Shown piece by piece: positions 43,272 through 59,261 of a stretch of 64,000 nucleotides of DNA. The position numbers and the translations under genes are program-made. Below the pieces are notes generated by a model that saw only the letters and a program-made list of their open reading frames with translations, was not told where the DNA came from and did not search any database. The stretch lies in the NCBI GenBank assembly GCA_000165425.1, contig CT868019.1, forward strand, positions 434,001 through 498,000, read 5' to 3'. This stretch comes from Paramecium tetraurelia. Lineage: Eukaryota. Numbering within the stretch: position 1 is the first letter of the stretch; each line of letters begins with the position of its first letter.

Positions 43272-43420
43272 TTTAAATAATTTAATAGGATTTGAAAAAA
43301 GTATTTGATTTGTTTTGATAGTAAAAAACATAATGACATAGGTTTTATAAAGAATTATTTTATATAATAATTATGCATACAAATATATTATTACATGTAA
43401 GTTTCAAAGAATGAATAAGA

Positions 43421-45121
<1,701 letters not shown>

Positions 45122-45329
45122 TATTTATTTATTATATTGTAAATCTAAGATTTTAGATTTGCTTAAATTTCAAAAAGCATTATGTAATAAATCATTCATA
45201 AATAATCAGAAAAATTAATTGATTTTGAAGCATATATTTAGTTATACATAGATAAGTTGAAAAAGATACTATTATTACAAGGATAATAAACTTGATTAAT
45301 GAGATGCTAATAATATATGATTTATATAA

Positions 45330-47018
<1,689 letters not shown>

Positions 47019-47053
47019 GTTTTATGAAAATTAATGAGTAATTAATTGAATAT

Positions 47054-48064
47054 TCATGCATAAAACTTTTAAATCTAATCCTTAGAGATTTCGTAAGCAT
47101 AGAATCCAATTGCATTAGCATAAAAGGCTCTTAGCATACATGCTGAGAACCCTCTCCACAAAGAAGGAACTCCATCACTTTTTATCCTATATTTGAGACA
47201 CTCAATAAATCCTCCATCAAGAAATTTAGGCTTGAATCTTCTTTATGTAGTACCCATCTCACATTACAGTATAGTCTTAATCGTCTATTTTAATACAAAT
47301 CAAACTTACATCCTAAGGATATCCAACAACCCAACATGCCATTCCAGCTAACCCTCCAGAAATCAGCAAATCATGAGATGATGGTTCCCCTTTGTCTTAT
47401 AACCACATCAATTAATCTCTAACGAATTCATATGTGGCGAATTGAGCACTATATCCCAAAATTTCTCTTTGCTATGTTGCATTCATTCCCCTAAATATAT
47501 ATCTAAAGCCTTCTTATTTAGCAATCTAACCCCTCATTCATATCAAATACCTTCCATAAGCAATCAAAAGGATTCTTATATATTTTATGTGCATTGTCTA
47601 TTTGCATCTATAATCTACATTTAGTCAAATCAATGGAGCATGCCAACGTTGCTGCACAACTCCCAGATATCCCTCCACATATTGCACTATAATAAATCAT
47701 ATTTACTGTTTACGTCTAGAAGTAAGTCATGGGTTTTCCGTTTTCATTATAACCTGTAAACTACCGTCGTGAATATTCATAAACAGCAAATACTATAGCA
47801 TTCAAAAAAGGAACTGATAACAAGGGAAAAGTCATCCCTTTGTAAAATGCTAGTATCCCCTCGTGTTTAATTATTTTTATTATTGACCTCCAAAAGTTTT
47901 CTTTTGACATTTGCATTCTCACTTTCAAAGTATCCATTGGGTGTCCAAATAAACAATTAAAGCTTAGTCCATATATAAAGATACATTCCACTAACTGTTC
48001 CAGCAGCCAAGTCTATTGATATCTATCTGCGATTTTCCTGGAGCCAAAGTGAAAATTCTGCCAT
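47054..48064 (-). CDS. Mitochondrial carrier (SLC25; carnitine/basic amino acid carrier-like)
   Basis: Px[DE]xx[KR] signatures (HPMDTLKVRMQ, PIDL..CR, YPQD..K) and EGILAFYKG. Confidence 0.9.
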
Positions 48065-48451
48065 CGAGCAAAAATTTAATGATTAAATTATTTGACGTGT
48101 TTTTTGATAGTTATTTCCTTAACTAAAGATTAAAGACCATGTGTATTTATACATTTATATTAGACATGATCATTAAATATACAATTCCTTTAGAATAAGC
48201 AAAGGACAATAATTATTAAATAAATTATAATAAAATTTTATCTCTTTGGTAACATAAATATCTATCATCGTATATGATAATTAATAGCAAGATTTCCTAC
48301 TCTAGATGGAACTAAATGATGGAAATTCCATCTTTCTAATTAGACTTGAGCAACTAAAATATGGTTAAGAGAAGGTTCTATATAAATGAAAATTTAAGTA
48401 TCAATAGTAGCTTTAATTATTATTATTATATAAATATTATATTTATATATA

Positions 48452-48933
48452 ATGGATAACAATTTTTTTGGAGACACTTTTGTAAATAAAAATGGGCCAT
48501 GCAAAATCAAATTGTCTGATATGAAGGTGATTGTACTCTACTTTTGTGCCAGTAAATGCAGTTGATAATTTAAGGTTGGTGTCCTCCTTGTGTAAATTTT
48601 ACACCAACTCTCGTTGAGTTTTATAATGATGTTAATTTGGAAACTAAATAGCTCGAAATTATATGGGTATCATAAGAGGAATCAGAAAGTTAATTCAAAA
48701 AATACTTAGAAGAGGTGTATGCATTCAATATTTTAAAGATGCCTTGGCCAGCCATTCCACATAATGATAAGAGAATCTAGTAACTGGTTGATAAATATGA
48801 AATTAAAGGAATTCCCACAGTGACTGTATTGAGGAAAAATGGTGATGTAGCGAAGAAGAATGGGAAATAGGATATTTTAAAAGAAGGAGAAGGAGCTTAT
48901 AATTTATGGGAATAATTAGTGAATAGTGAATGA
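48452..48933 (+). CDS. Nucleoredoxin/tryparedoxin-like thioredoxin
   Basis: LYFCASWCPPCVNFTP, MPWPAIP and IKGIPT; two tiny introns. Confidence 0.92.
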
Positions 48934-48977
48934 ACTCAAGTTTTTATTATAATTATTTATAAAATATTAATAATAAA

Positions 48978-49238
48978 ATGTCTGCTGGAATCTTTATTGG
49001 CACAATCATATTTATCGGTATTGGAATTGGAGTTACAGTATGGCTCAAAGGAGTTGTTACTAAAGCAACCAAAAATTTAAGCGATCTGAACGATAATTTA
49101 TTGTAATACATCAATCTTAAAGATAGGCTAATGTATGTTTCAGTTGTTTCCGGTACTATTTAATTTTGGCTCTTATGGTTTTGTATGTATATGCACCAAC
49201 TCAATCCTATAATAACGCCGTTTAGAGGACATGAATGA
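48978..49238 (+). CDS. ATP6V0E: V-type H+-ATPase V0 subunit e (Vma9/ATP6V0E)
   Basis: About 78 aa, two TMs, C-terminal FWLLWFCMYMHQLNPII signature. Confidence 0.85.
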
Positions 49239-49274
49239 GTTATTAATATATCGAATTAAAATTTAATTTATAGA

Positions 49275-51132
49275 TCATTCATCAGATATTTCCTATTATC
49301 AAAATTACAAAAGAGTCAAATATCTTATGGACTTAATCATATTTGTTTTGTAATAAGGAAGATCTTCTGATTGGACTATTAATTGTTAGTGATGAAATCC
49401 TTAGATAATGAATCTATTTGTGAAAAGTTTGAAGAAAATGACTCCCCTTATTAAGAAACAGGGAGTGTAAGAAAAATATTATACAAATCACTTTCTATAA
49501 TAAAAATATAGTGATATTCAAATTCAGTTCGAAGTTTATTATAAAAGTTGAGAAAATTCTTAAAATGAAATTTTTCCATTTTAATTCAAATCTCCTTAAT
49601 TAAATATCAGTTCCCATTCTTTATCAGTTAATCTGGCTTCGATGAATAAGGATTTTAATTCTTTGATGGTTATTTATTAGCTTTAATTTTTATCGATAAA
49701 TTTAAATAGTAATTCGAGGTTTTCTTGATTAACAAGTTTGTCAGTATTGCATGAAGCTAGTAAAAACTCATTAAACTCTATATATCCATTTTAATTGGAA
49801 TCTAAAATTTAGAATATTTTATTAGTGAGTGACTTCTATTTCTCTGACGCTAAGAACTTTTTGAGTTCACTTTTTGTGATCTTTCCATCTTTATTATCAT
49901 CTATTGCTTCGAATGCAACCATTAGTTTCTCCTTCTCCTTTTCATCCATCAATTTATTAATCATAATTGACAACAATAATTTTTGAAATTCAGATTTTGA
50001 CTGATATTGTTAAATTCTCTAAAATACATCTTCAACAAAAGTTTTATCAGTATAGCTTACAATATTTTTGAGATATTCATTCTATAAGCATTGAGCAGCA
50101 GTTAGTCGTTTAGCTAACAATAGATGATATATTTACATGGATCAATTTTCAACATTGAATTAATCAACTTTTAAGCTTAAATTGGAATTTGATTCCAATT
50201 TTCATCTTTGGTAATTCTGCATTTTAAGATATTCTCCTTCTTCTCCTTATAGTTATCCCCTTTGAATGGTTAGAATTTTGTCCATATTTCATAGAGTAAT
50301 ACACCACATGACCAGATATCGGAGGCTTGAGAGAATTCCTAATTTTAAATGACCTCAGGCGCTAGATAAGTAAGATCAAGGATGTCATCATCCTTTTTAT
50401 TCACTCTTGTATTACTATAATCAACTAATTTAATCAATTAACTTTGTTAGCTTTAAAATAAAATGTTTTCAGGTTTGAGATTTCTATATAGAAAATATTT
50501 TATACTTGTGATTTATCCCATTACTATGCAAGTATTGTAAACCTGCTAAAATTTACTAGAAGTAAATTTAAATCAACTAGTTTTTCCTTGTTGATTCTTC
50601 CTTGTTCTCAAATTTTAGTCTTGACAATAGAGTTCCACCATCATAATTTTCAGTAACTATATACAATTACTTGGAATCAACAAAAAATTCATAAATAGAC
50701 ATGATATTTGGATGATCCTAATATTATTATATTTAATACTAATTTTTTAAGCTATTGTATTTTGTTTTGAACCTTTATTAAATCAGCTTGTTTATAATGG
50801 TGGGTTTATATAATTCCAATTTTCGTAACTCCAGTTTAATTATGTTATACAGTACAAACTTGTCGTATTTGTTCGTTGGGACTTTTTAAGTTGTTCAACA
50901 AAGTGTAGGTGTTAAAAAACTTCCCTTTGTTTGCAGTGTTTAATCTATCTGGAGTCATTAGTTCCTGACTTCTAATAAAGAAGTCTTATTGAGAGAATGC
51001 TAGTTGAGAACCTGCTGCAACATTATTGGGACTATTCTCTCTAACGATATCAGCAGTATTCGCTGTTTTCACATTTTAGTTTCTCAAAATTGGAGGTGAG
51101 TGGTTTTGTTTTTTAGATTTACAAATTCCCAT
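49275..51132 (-). CDS. CDPK-like pseudokinase with EF hands
   Basis: MGICKS start; DHPNI, HKNLKPEN, DYS, APE and DIWSCG; EF hands DDNKDGKITKSE and DSNQNGYIEFNE. 3' end approximate. Confidence 0.8.
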
Positions 51133-51408
51133 AGTAAAATAATTTATTTATTTTTTAGTTTCATCTATACAATATTAATATCAAATTTTTATAAAGATTT
51201 ACTAATATAATCCTTTCAGAATATTTCAGAATACCTTTAATTTTTTATAGTTTTGAGTAATTCAGATTAGCTAATAGATTCAGTAAAAAAACTCAATTAA
51301 ATTATACTATGATGATTAAAGGATGTATAGAGTTTATAATGAGAGTTAATGAAGTATGAGATTAAATATATATTTTATGAAAGAGAATATATGATGCAAT
51401 CAAGTTTA

Positions 51409-52452
51409 TCATACTTGTTTTTTTATAATAAATGATCTGCCTTTGCTTTGGGCAGTCCGAGGAGGAGCATACATGGTTTTATTAAAATACAATGTATATT
51501 CTCTGGATACCCAGTTAATGAGTTTGTCAGTTTCTTCAAATCGCCTTTTTTAATCCTTTGCTCCTATCAAGACTACTATTATAGATCCCAACAAACTCTC
51601 ATAAGAGACAGCAAGACAAGCACCAGCATTAGGTGTTATTCCTGTTTTAATTCCTGAATAATTTTCAAAATGCAACAATTAATTAGTATTAAACCACTCA
51701 TAATTTCTACAAGAATAGGATTTGCTATTGCAAATTTGTTTTAAAATGGGAATCTTCATATAAGCTGAACTCATTCTACACATGTCTAATGCTGTTGATT
51801 TATTAGCCTATATTTAACCTAGTATTAAATATGTACTTTTGAACTGAGACCATGTGGATTTGAAAATTAAGAATCTCTCATGCCTAATTTCATTGCATTC
51901 TCGTTCATTTATCTTACAAATCTATTCATGTTACTCATTTGAGTATCATCATAGAACCCTTAGATAGTGTCACATGTGATGTAACTGGCAATCTTTTATC
52001 TTCGATGAGTATTTAGTATCGATCCAAAATGCAGTGCAATAGATATCGCAGCATCATTTCCTGAGGGTAACATGAGTGCATATAACAATTCTTCTAAAGA
52101 CAATGTGTCATCCCTTCTTAAAAAGGCCGATGTCCCTCCTATCTATGTGGCAATTCTAGGAATACGAATAAAGGTTTCATTCTAAAATTAGATTATATCG
52201 GCTTGAATTACATAATCAAGATTTAATTCTTCACATAATTGTATCGCCGTATAAGCTGTCATTATCTTGGTAAGACTTGCAACCTCTAACTTCAAGGAAG
52301 GAGATTTGCTAGCTAGTTCATCTCCAATTGAAGTAACAATGCACCAAGACAAAGCAGTAGTTTATGGAGGATTCACTACATATTATATAAATATTCTTAC
52401 ATAATGATAATGCTGACTATCTTTTGGCATGTAAAGATTTATTCTCATTCAT
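51409..52452 (-). CDS. Serine-type D-Ala-D-Ala carboxypeptidase (peptidase S11, PBP5/DacA-like)
   Basis: VASLTKIMT (SxxK), LMLPSGNDAA (SxN), FSNPHGL, STALDM and GIKTGITPNAGACL (KTG); three tiny spliceosomal introns. Confidence 0.92.
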
Positions 52453-52494
52453 TTTAAATAAATAATAAAATAAGAAATAAATAGCTTATTATAT

Positions 52495-52818
52495 TCATGA
52501 GCACTAATGATAATATTCTATTATTTTTTATAGTTCAGCTCTTTTCGACATAACCTACTGTTTTAATAGTTAATTTTCTTCAATCAATGCCTTCATAAAT
52601 TGCGAATCATCGCTAATCATATTCTTCGGTAATTGCTATCCTCTTTGACTAAAATCATCCCTCTAAGTAAAAGAAACCGTATAAGCATTTGGTTTATGCA
52701 ACACTGGAGTGATTGATCTCTGTTATTGTACCCTTGGAATCTATTATTGACCAATATATTATGTTTGAACCAAATTTGGTTACCGCTAAAATGCTTATGT
52801 AATTGATTATTAGTACAT
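52495..52818 (-). CDS. Small Gln-rich hypothetical protein (107 aa) with C-terminal coiled coil
   Basis: Intronless code-6 ORF MYQQSITQAFQRQ...LIEENQLLKQQVMSK...*. Confidence 0.6.
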
Positions 52819-53774
52819 AATTATTTTAATAATTAAAATTTACATGGAGAAATACTTCATTGAATATCTGTAAAATATTGTTTAATATACCCTTAAATTA
52901 GATAATTATTTTATGAATATTAAACTTAGACTAATATTATTGACACATTGTTAGAATTTCAATTAGATATAATCTTTATTTTTATCACTAATTTATTTGC
53001 TTCTAAATCTGTAGATGGTTAATATGTGTTCTTATAAATATGTATAAACAAAAGTAAAGACATATCATTAAAATCTTTAAAAAGTATTTATAAGATATTA
53101 TATAAATTTCAAGTGATCTGCATATTCAATATATTTCTCTATAAATATTGACAAGAATAATATCTACCTAATTTATTTTATCTAATATTATAATGTATAG
53201 TGAATTAAATCTTGCTTAAATTTAATCATATCTAATTTTTAAAACATGAAAACCAAGTAATCATCGATTGAAATATGTTAATCAACATTGCCTTCAAATC
53301 CAATTCAGAATTTTTTCATATATCTTAATATATAATAAATGGTCGCATTTTATTAACAAATTATAGTATTACATTACAAGTGGAACTAGTCATAAGTATT
53401 TAGAATCAATTATACTTAGTTTTGCTATGGTTTGAGAGAGTGTTATATATTTGTAGAAATTACCTCTTATGATATAACGATGAGTTTAAGATACTTAATA
53501 TTTTTAATGTTTAAATTAACCAGATCTATAAGGAATTAGGATTTCATTTATGTTCATAAAATTATTGTATTTAATAATATTGATGTTTAAAAATAATCAA
53601 TTATTAATATCGCTGAAGTATTTGTCAAAAGTATCATAAAATAATTCGAACAAGAAAATTAATCGAATTTTTATCATTAATTATTGCGTAAGATTTAAAT
53701 ATATATTGTATGAAGATTGAAAATATTTTAAATATGTAATTGATAGTTATGAAGGAAGAATGAACATGTTATGA

Positions 53775-54026
53775 TCATTATTTAGTTTCACATACGAAAT
53801 GTTTGTTATTTCTCTTAAAAAACTTGTTTCTCACCAACCCCAGATCTTTATTATCTTCCATATTATCCATTTTGGAATAGTAATCTTCCTCTTTTTTGCG
53901 AGGGTCTGTACAGAATTTTAGATTTTTAGATCTTAGAAAGTTTAGGATTGCTTTGATTTAGGGATTAGGTCTATGGTATAGATCCAATTCCAAAGAGTCT
54001 AAGCTGGAATTTAAGTCCTCCTACAT
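53775..54026 (-). CDS. Small hypothetical protein (83 aa)
   Basis: ORF MQEDLNSSLDSLELDLYHRPNP...CETKQ* with elevated GC relative to its flanks. Confidence 0.55.
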
Positions 54027-54072
54027 TTTAATATATAAATTTTCAATTCACGAAATCAAATATATTTTTAAT

Positions 54073-55700
54073 ATGAAAAAAATACATAGTTGTTAATTAC
54101 GGACCTTGGGTTTCGTGAAAAACTATTAATCGGATTCGATTTCAAACAATATCATTAACCACACTCTTTATCATAAATATGCCTCCTCTTAAAACTATTA
54201 TTACACAAGAGAAATTAACGAGATTTTAAGTAAGCAACGAACTTCATCTGTAATATTGTTCTAAGTATCAAAGCGATCTAATAATAGGATTATCTGCATT
54301 TTGATGATGAGGATGAATATCTTAAAAGATTTTATATTAATGAGGTATATGATAATAAAATGAAATTGCTCAAAGAGTTTTATAAATTTCACAAAGATCT
54401 CCCAAGGTTTGCATTGACTAAACAAATACTCTAAACTCTAAACTACTATTATGATAAGCGTAGAAAATTAGATTATTATAGAATCTAGAGATAAATAGAG
54501 TTTGAAAATAAATAAAATCCCCAATTACCCTAAAAAGGAATAGTTGGAGACAAGCCAATCGAAACTCAAAGCACTCCCAATTCAGAAAGCAGTTCAACCT
54601 CAAATCTGAACACTAACATTGAAAATATCCTCAAAGACATAACTCGATAGGAATCAAAGCAATAAATTGAGATCAGTAAAATAACTTAGGTCTAAGAGGA
54701 ATAGCAGAGTGAGATCCTTAAAATAATCAATATGATTAGCACACCCCTTATCAAGAATTATTAGGTATTCAAGAAGTCTAAAGGCAATTTCAAGAAGCAG
54801 TTGAAACTTGACGAGTTGGGTCTATCATTATCATCCAGAATTCAATAGAACCCACAAGAAGCCAAAATGCCTCTCTCAGCTCGCTATCCTTCATATTCAT
54901 TAAGCAGACTCAACCACAAACATTAATCACTCTCAAAAGAGAAGACGGCAGATACTCATTTAATAAAGGATAATCTATTGTAGCTATTTAACAAATGTCC
55001 TACGACCAAGAAAATCAAAGTAGAAAATAAAAGCAGTTCACGAAATATACAACTTGATTAAAAAAAACAAATCCCTGAAATAAAGCAATTAGAATTGAAA
55101 ATCATTAAGTCCCTCTAGGAAATCGAGAAAAATAAAAATACACAAAAGATAGTCTCGTTAGATAGCAAAGCTCTTCATTAAATACTTAGCAAATTCAATT
55201 AACCTCTATCTTAAAGGCATATCCAATAAGTGGACTCCTTCAAGAGCACTTCTAATCAATCTATTAAGATTGCTCATAATAAAATTGCAATGTAGAAGGT
55301 TTATACTCCAAGAAATAAATTTGTGAGTTCAAAAACTAATGAGATCCATCCTCAACACACAAAAAAATCACTTGAAAAATAGTAATAATTAGTTAAAGCC
55401 CTTGATCTTAAGAAATTAATGGTCTATAAATCTGAGAAGTCTGCGAAGACAGAAAGAGTGAAGAAGAATGTGCCTGTTCTGAATCTAAATGCAGTCTAAA
55501 ATAATAATTAATCTTCTCTGACTTCCAGGAATTAAAGTGGCAATCCCAGCTTTAATCAATTGTTGACTCCGAAACCATAGACTAGCAGATATAAAGTTAA
55601 TAATCTGATTCATTGGTAAGTCAAGGCAATTCAAGCTGCTTAGAGAGAATATAAGTTATAATTAAAACCTTCATAAATGAAAATAGAACAATTAATTTGA
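54073..55700 (+). CDS. Ciliate-type hypothetical protein with conserved N-terminal Tyr-rich block and basic low-complexity tail
   Basis: KYASSQNYYYTREINEIL..EYLKRFY..FYKFHKDLPR..YYDKRRKLDYYRI; long open code-6 frame. Confidence 0.7.
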
Positions 55701-55765
55701 TATTATATGAACTAATTTTAAATAGAAATTATAATAATTAATAATCATTAAAAAAATTAACTTCA

Positions 55766-56657
55766 ATGTCAATCATAAATTTAGAGCTCTTACAAAAAGT
55801 CATTGAACTAATAAACAGTCAACCCTCCATTTATCAGCAATTGAACTCATCAGAACTTGATAAAGGAATAGATCTCATTGATATCTATTCTGTTTATGGA
55901 GATGTAGATTAAAATATATATGAAGAACCAGGCGAAATTCAATTCAATTTTGTCATGGAACAAGAGCAGCCATTCGAAGAAGTCAAAGAAAGCATCCCGA
56001 TATAGAATACCAAAAAATAAACAATCACTTTGGATTACATTAAAAATTATGATAAATGCGATCAAATATTTAGAACAATAGCTGAAACCTAGGGAGAACT
56101 GGAAGTATTCTTGGATAGGAATCAAGAAATATACAGATAGTTTAAAATTTGGAATGATTAATTAAACTATGGAGAACTTTACTCAAAAGACCCTAAGTAC
56201 ATAGAGAAGATCAAATTCACATTGATTCTTGTAATAATGAATATCTAATAGTTAGTTGTCTGAATGGTTGATTGCTGTATGTTATAAATCACAAGTGAAA
56301 AAAAGGATCTTAATACAAACTTAAACTTAACCTAGAGTGTAATACAAGGCAAATATATTTTTGGAATATATATATGAACCCAAGAAAATAAATGAAAGCA
56401 GAAGAACAAGTGAAGTGAAACGACAAGCAATTCATGAAATCCTATTAGCTGCAACTCCAGATATGGCGTATGTTCTGTCTGAAGGGTTTATTATCTCAAA
56501 ATTAACTAATTAATTAATTGCTCCTATTTAGGGAAGCTATTGCAAAATAAAAGATTGGCTGATTGCTGTTCGTGGAGTGACAAACTTAAATGTGAAGGAA
56601 TTTTAGGAATTGCTTAAAATCAGCAGAGAATATTTTTCTGAGCAGAGTACTATTTGA
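55766..56657 (+). CDS. Hypothetical protein
   Basis: MSIINLELLQKV...; one 25-nt intron restores the frame to ...SEQSTI*. Confidence 0.6.
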
Positions 56658-56693
56658 TTTTTATATGAATTAATTACAAATATAAAATAGGTA

Positions 56694-59257
56694 TCAATCA
56701 ATTGATGAAACTAATGAATATATTTAATAGTAGACAGATTCCATTTGGTCTTGCGATTCATGTGTTTAATATTGTGCATCATATAAGATGTCGATTTATT
56801 CGATTAAGTCCTCATAAAGAGTGTTACATATTTGGTATTGTCCAATAAGGTTGATCTTGATCAATCTATTCGACAATTCTTAGATTTTATTTTATTTTTA
56901 TTTTAACTACTGCTTCTCTTCTTTTCTTTCCTTCAAGATTTCCTCATAATAAGGATAAGGAGTGATAAGCATAGGAGCAGAATCTTTTTAACTAAAATGA
57001 TTTAAGATGTCTTTCACTTTAACTCTTTATTGATCTTTCCCATTCTTTTTGTTTTTATAGATTTAATTTTAAATTTTCAATTCCTGTTATTTAACTTGAG
57101 CAAAGTTTTGCAACATTTGTTTGCCGATAACACCGTTTGTCTTTTTCTAAGTTTTGCTTTATTTAAGATGATCTATGATCTTCCTCACAGCCATTTTGAA
57201 CATTGCTCTATGTTTCCATTTCTTTTCTTATTAATGGCCAAAGATACTTCGCAATAGCCTTTTATGAATTTGCTAATAACTTTCTTTAATGACATTAGCT
57301 TTGAATTATTTTTCCAGCAAATACTTCTTATAAACATATTGAGTCATTGGATCTCCTTCAATTACATTGATTCTTTTCAGTTATTTTGCATTTTCTATAT
57401 AAATAAACTAAAATACTTTTAATCCTAGAAAGGTTCTCTTAGAGTAAAAGTTTCCTTCTTAACCCTAATTACTCAATTTCAAACAGCAGAGATTCATCAT
57501 CTTGAATTAATTATAAGAATTGTGAAATAGGACAGATTATTACCAAAGAATCTCTACAGGCAACTGCTGACTGTTTTCTATAACAATCTTCTAATATTTC
57601 GATTTCTCCAAATATGTAACCTTCTTATATATTTAATAATGTGTTCCCTTGTTCATCACATAGTCTTACTTCTCCTGAGACTAAGAAGTAGACATCCAAA
57701 CTTGGAGATCCATTGTAGTAGATAGTATCAAATTGTTTGAAATTGTACATTGTAAAGTAGGGTAGTATGGCTGCAGCGAAATTAATGTTGAAAGCAAACA
57801 TATTGACATTTTCAATCAATTGCTTTTGACAAAAGGCTATGGCAAAGATCTTTAATTAAGATGGCAATGTTTCTATTATCCTATGATTCTTATTTATAAA
57901 TACAATTTACTTTCTGTAATTCCAAAAAGGATTATTCTCAATGTTATATTAAAAGTAAGAAAATAACTGATTACTCAACTCTTCTGGAATTATGATTTTC
58001 TACACTAACGTTTCCAAGGCCTCCAAATCCTCTTCATAGCCATCTGTCGAAGATTGTTAGTCTAAGATATCTGCTAAATTCCCTATTGTTAATGAATAGA
58101 ATCCAACTCCTATGAATATCCAGATGATAGTTAAATTGTATTGCATTGAGGTCGTCAAAGGTATGTCTCCATAGCCAATGACGGTTACTGTTTAAATAGC
58201 CCAGTACAATCCTTAGATGTAGATGGAATAATTATTTTCTTTCTGTGCCAGTCCTTCATAAAGCAAAACTGAATGAAAGAGACACCCAAATAAACTAATG
58301 AAAATGAGCATGTTTTTGAATATTTTCAAAATACTTAAAATTTTGCCATCCAACTGAAAAAGTTTTTCAAAATATTCAGACTTTTCCAAAGAATTATGAG
58401 ATTCCTAATAAATTTATCTTTCGTTATAGCAGAAGTATTTTATGAATCTCAACAATTTGAGCAGATTTAATCCCATTAAATCAAAGAAAGTAGGGGCAAA
58501 TAATTTGTAGGGGATGATACTAATGATGTCGAAGATGAGCCATCTTTGCAGGTTGAATAGGAAGATGTCAAAAAAGTTGTTGATTAAATTGTAATTATTA
58601 TCTATTTGGCAAGTTATTTATTTTAAGATTATATCAATTAAATAGAGTGCATCCAACAAAAATGTAATTATTGTTAATGAATCCTAAATGAATATAAGAT
58701 TTATCTATACAAATTCGTTGAAATCAGAGAGACTTATGTAGATTGGGTAAAGCATTAGTGTGACTGCTGTTTAAAGCAACATGAATTGTTTCCACAAATA
58801 TAACTGGTCTGGGTAAAAGGGTAACTTTTACCGTTTTCTTTGGATCTATTTTGATTGAAATACATTTTCTTGTTTTTTTTGTTTGCTCAAATATCTGAAG
58901 AATTATTGGAGTATTGTTAATTTTCTAACAGCACTCCCAAATTTCATTTTGATTGGTTTTTCTTAAAAGCTATTAATGACATCGTCTTGATTGGTCTAAT
59001 CCTAAAACATAAATAAGCTGTGTTTTGGACTCAAGAATTGTCGATTGCTATTGGCACTAAAATTTAAATGAATGTGAACTTTTTTGGAGATTGAATGATG
59101 AGAGAAGTTTCTTTGGAGGTCTGCTTACTTTACCGTATTGAGTAAAATAGTTTTAGTGAACTACAATATTAAAAATGGTCTATTACTCTATTTCTGTTTT
59201 GTATTCTTTGAGGTCAATAGGAATTGAGCTACTTGGATGAACTTATCCAATACTCAT
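56694..59257 (-). CDS. Voltage-gated K+ channel with cyclic-nucleotide-binding domain (EAG/KCNH-like)
   Basis: S1-S6 helices, S4 LLKLLRFIK, pore YWAIQTVTVIGYGDIP, CNBD DVYFLVSGEV..IFGEIE..R. Confidence 0.9.
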
Positions 59258-59261
59258 TAAT

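Noticed and set aside
51409..52452. Bacterial contamination as the source of the DD-carboxypeptidase
   Set aside because: In-frame TAA/TAG Gln codons, tiny GT-AG introns and host-like AT content.
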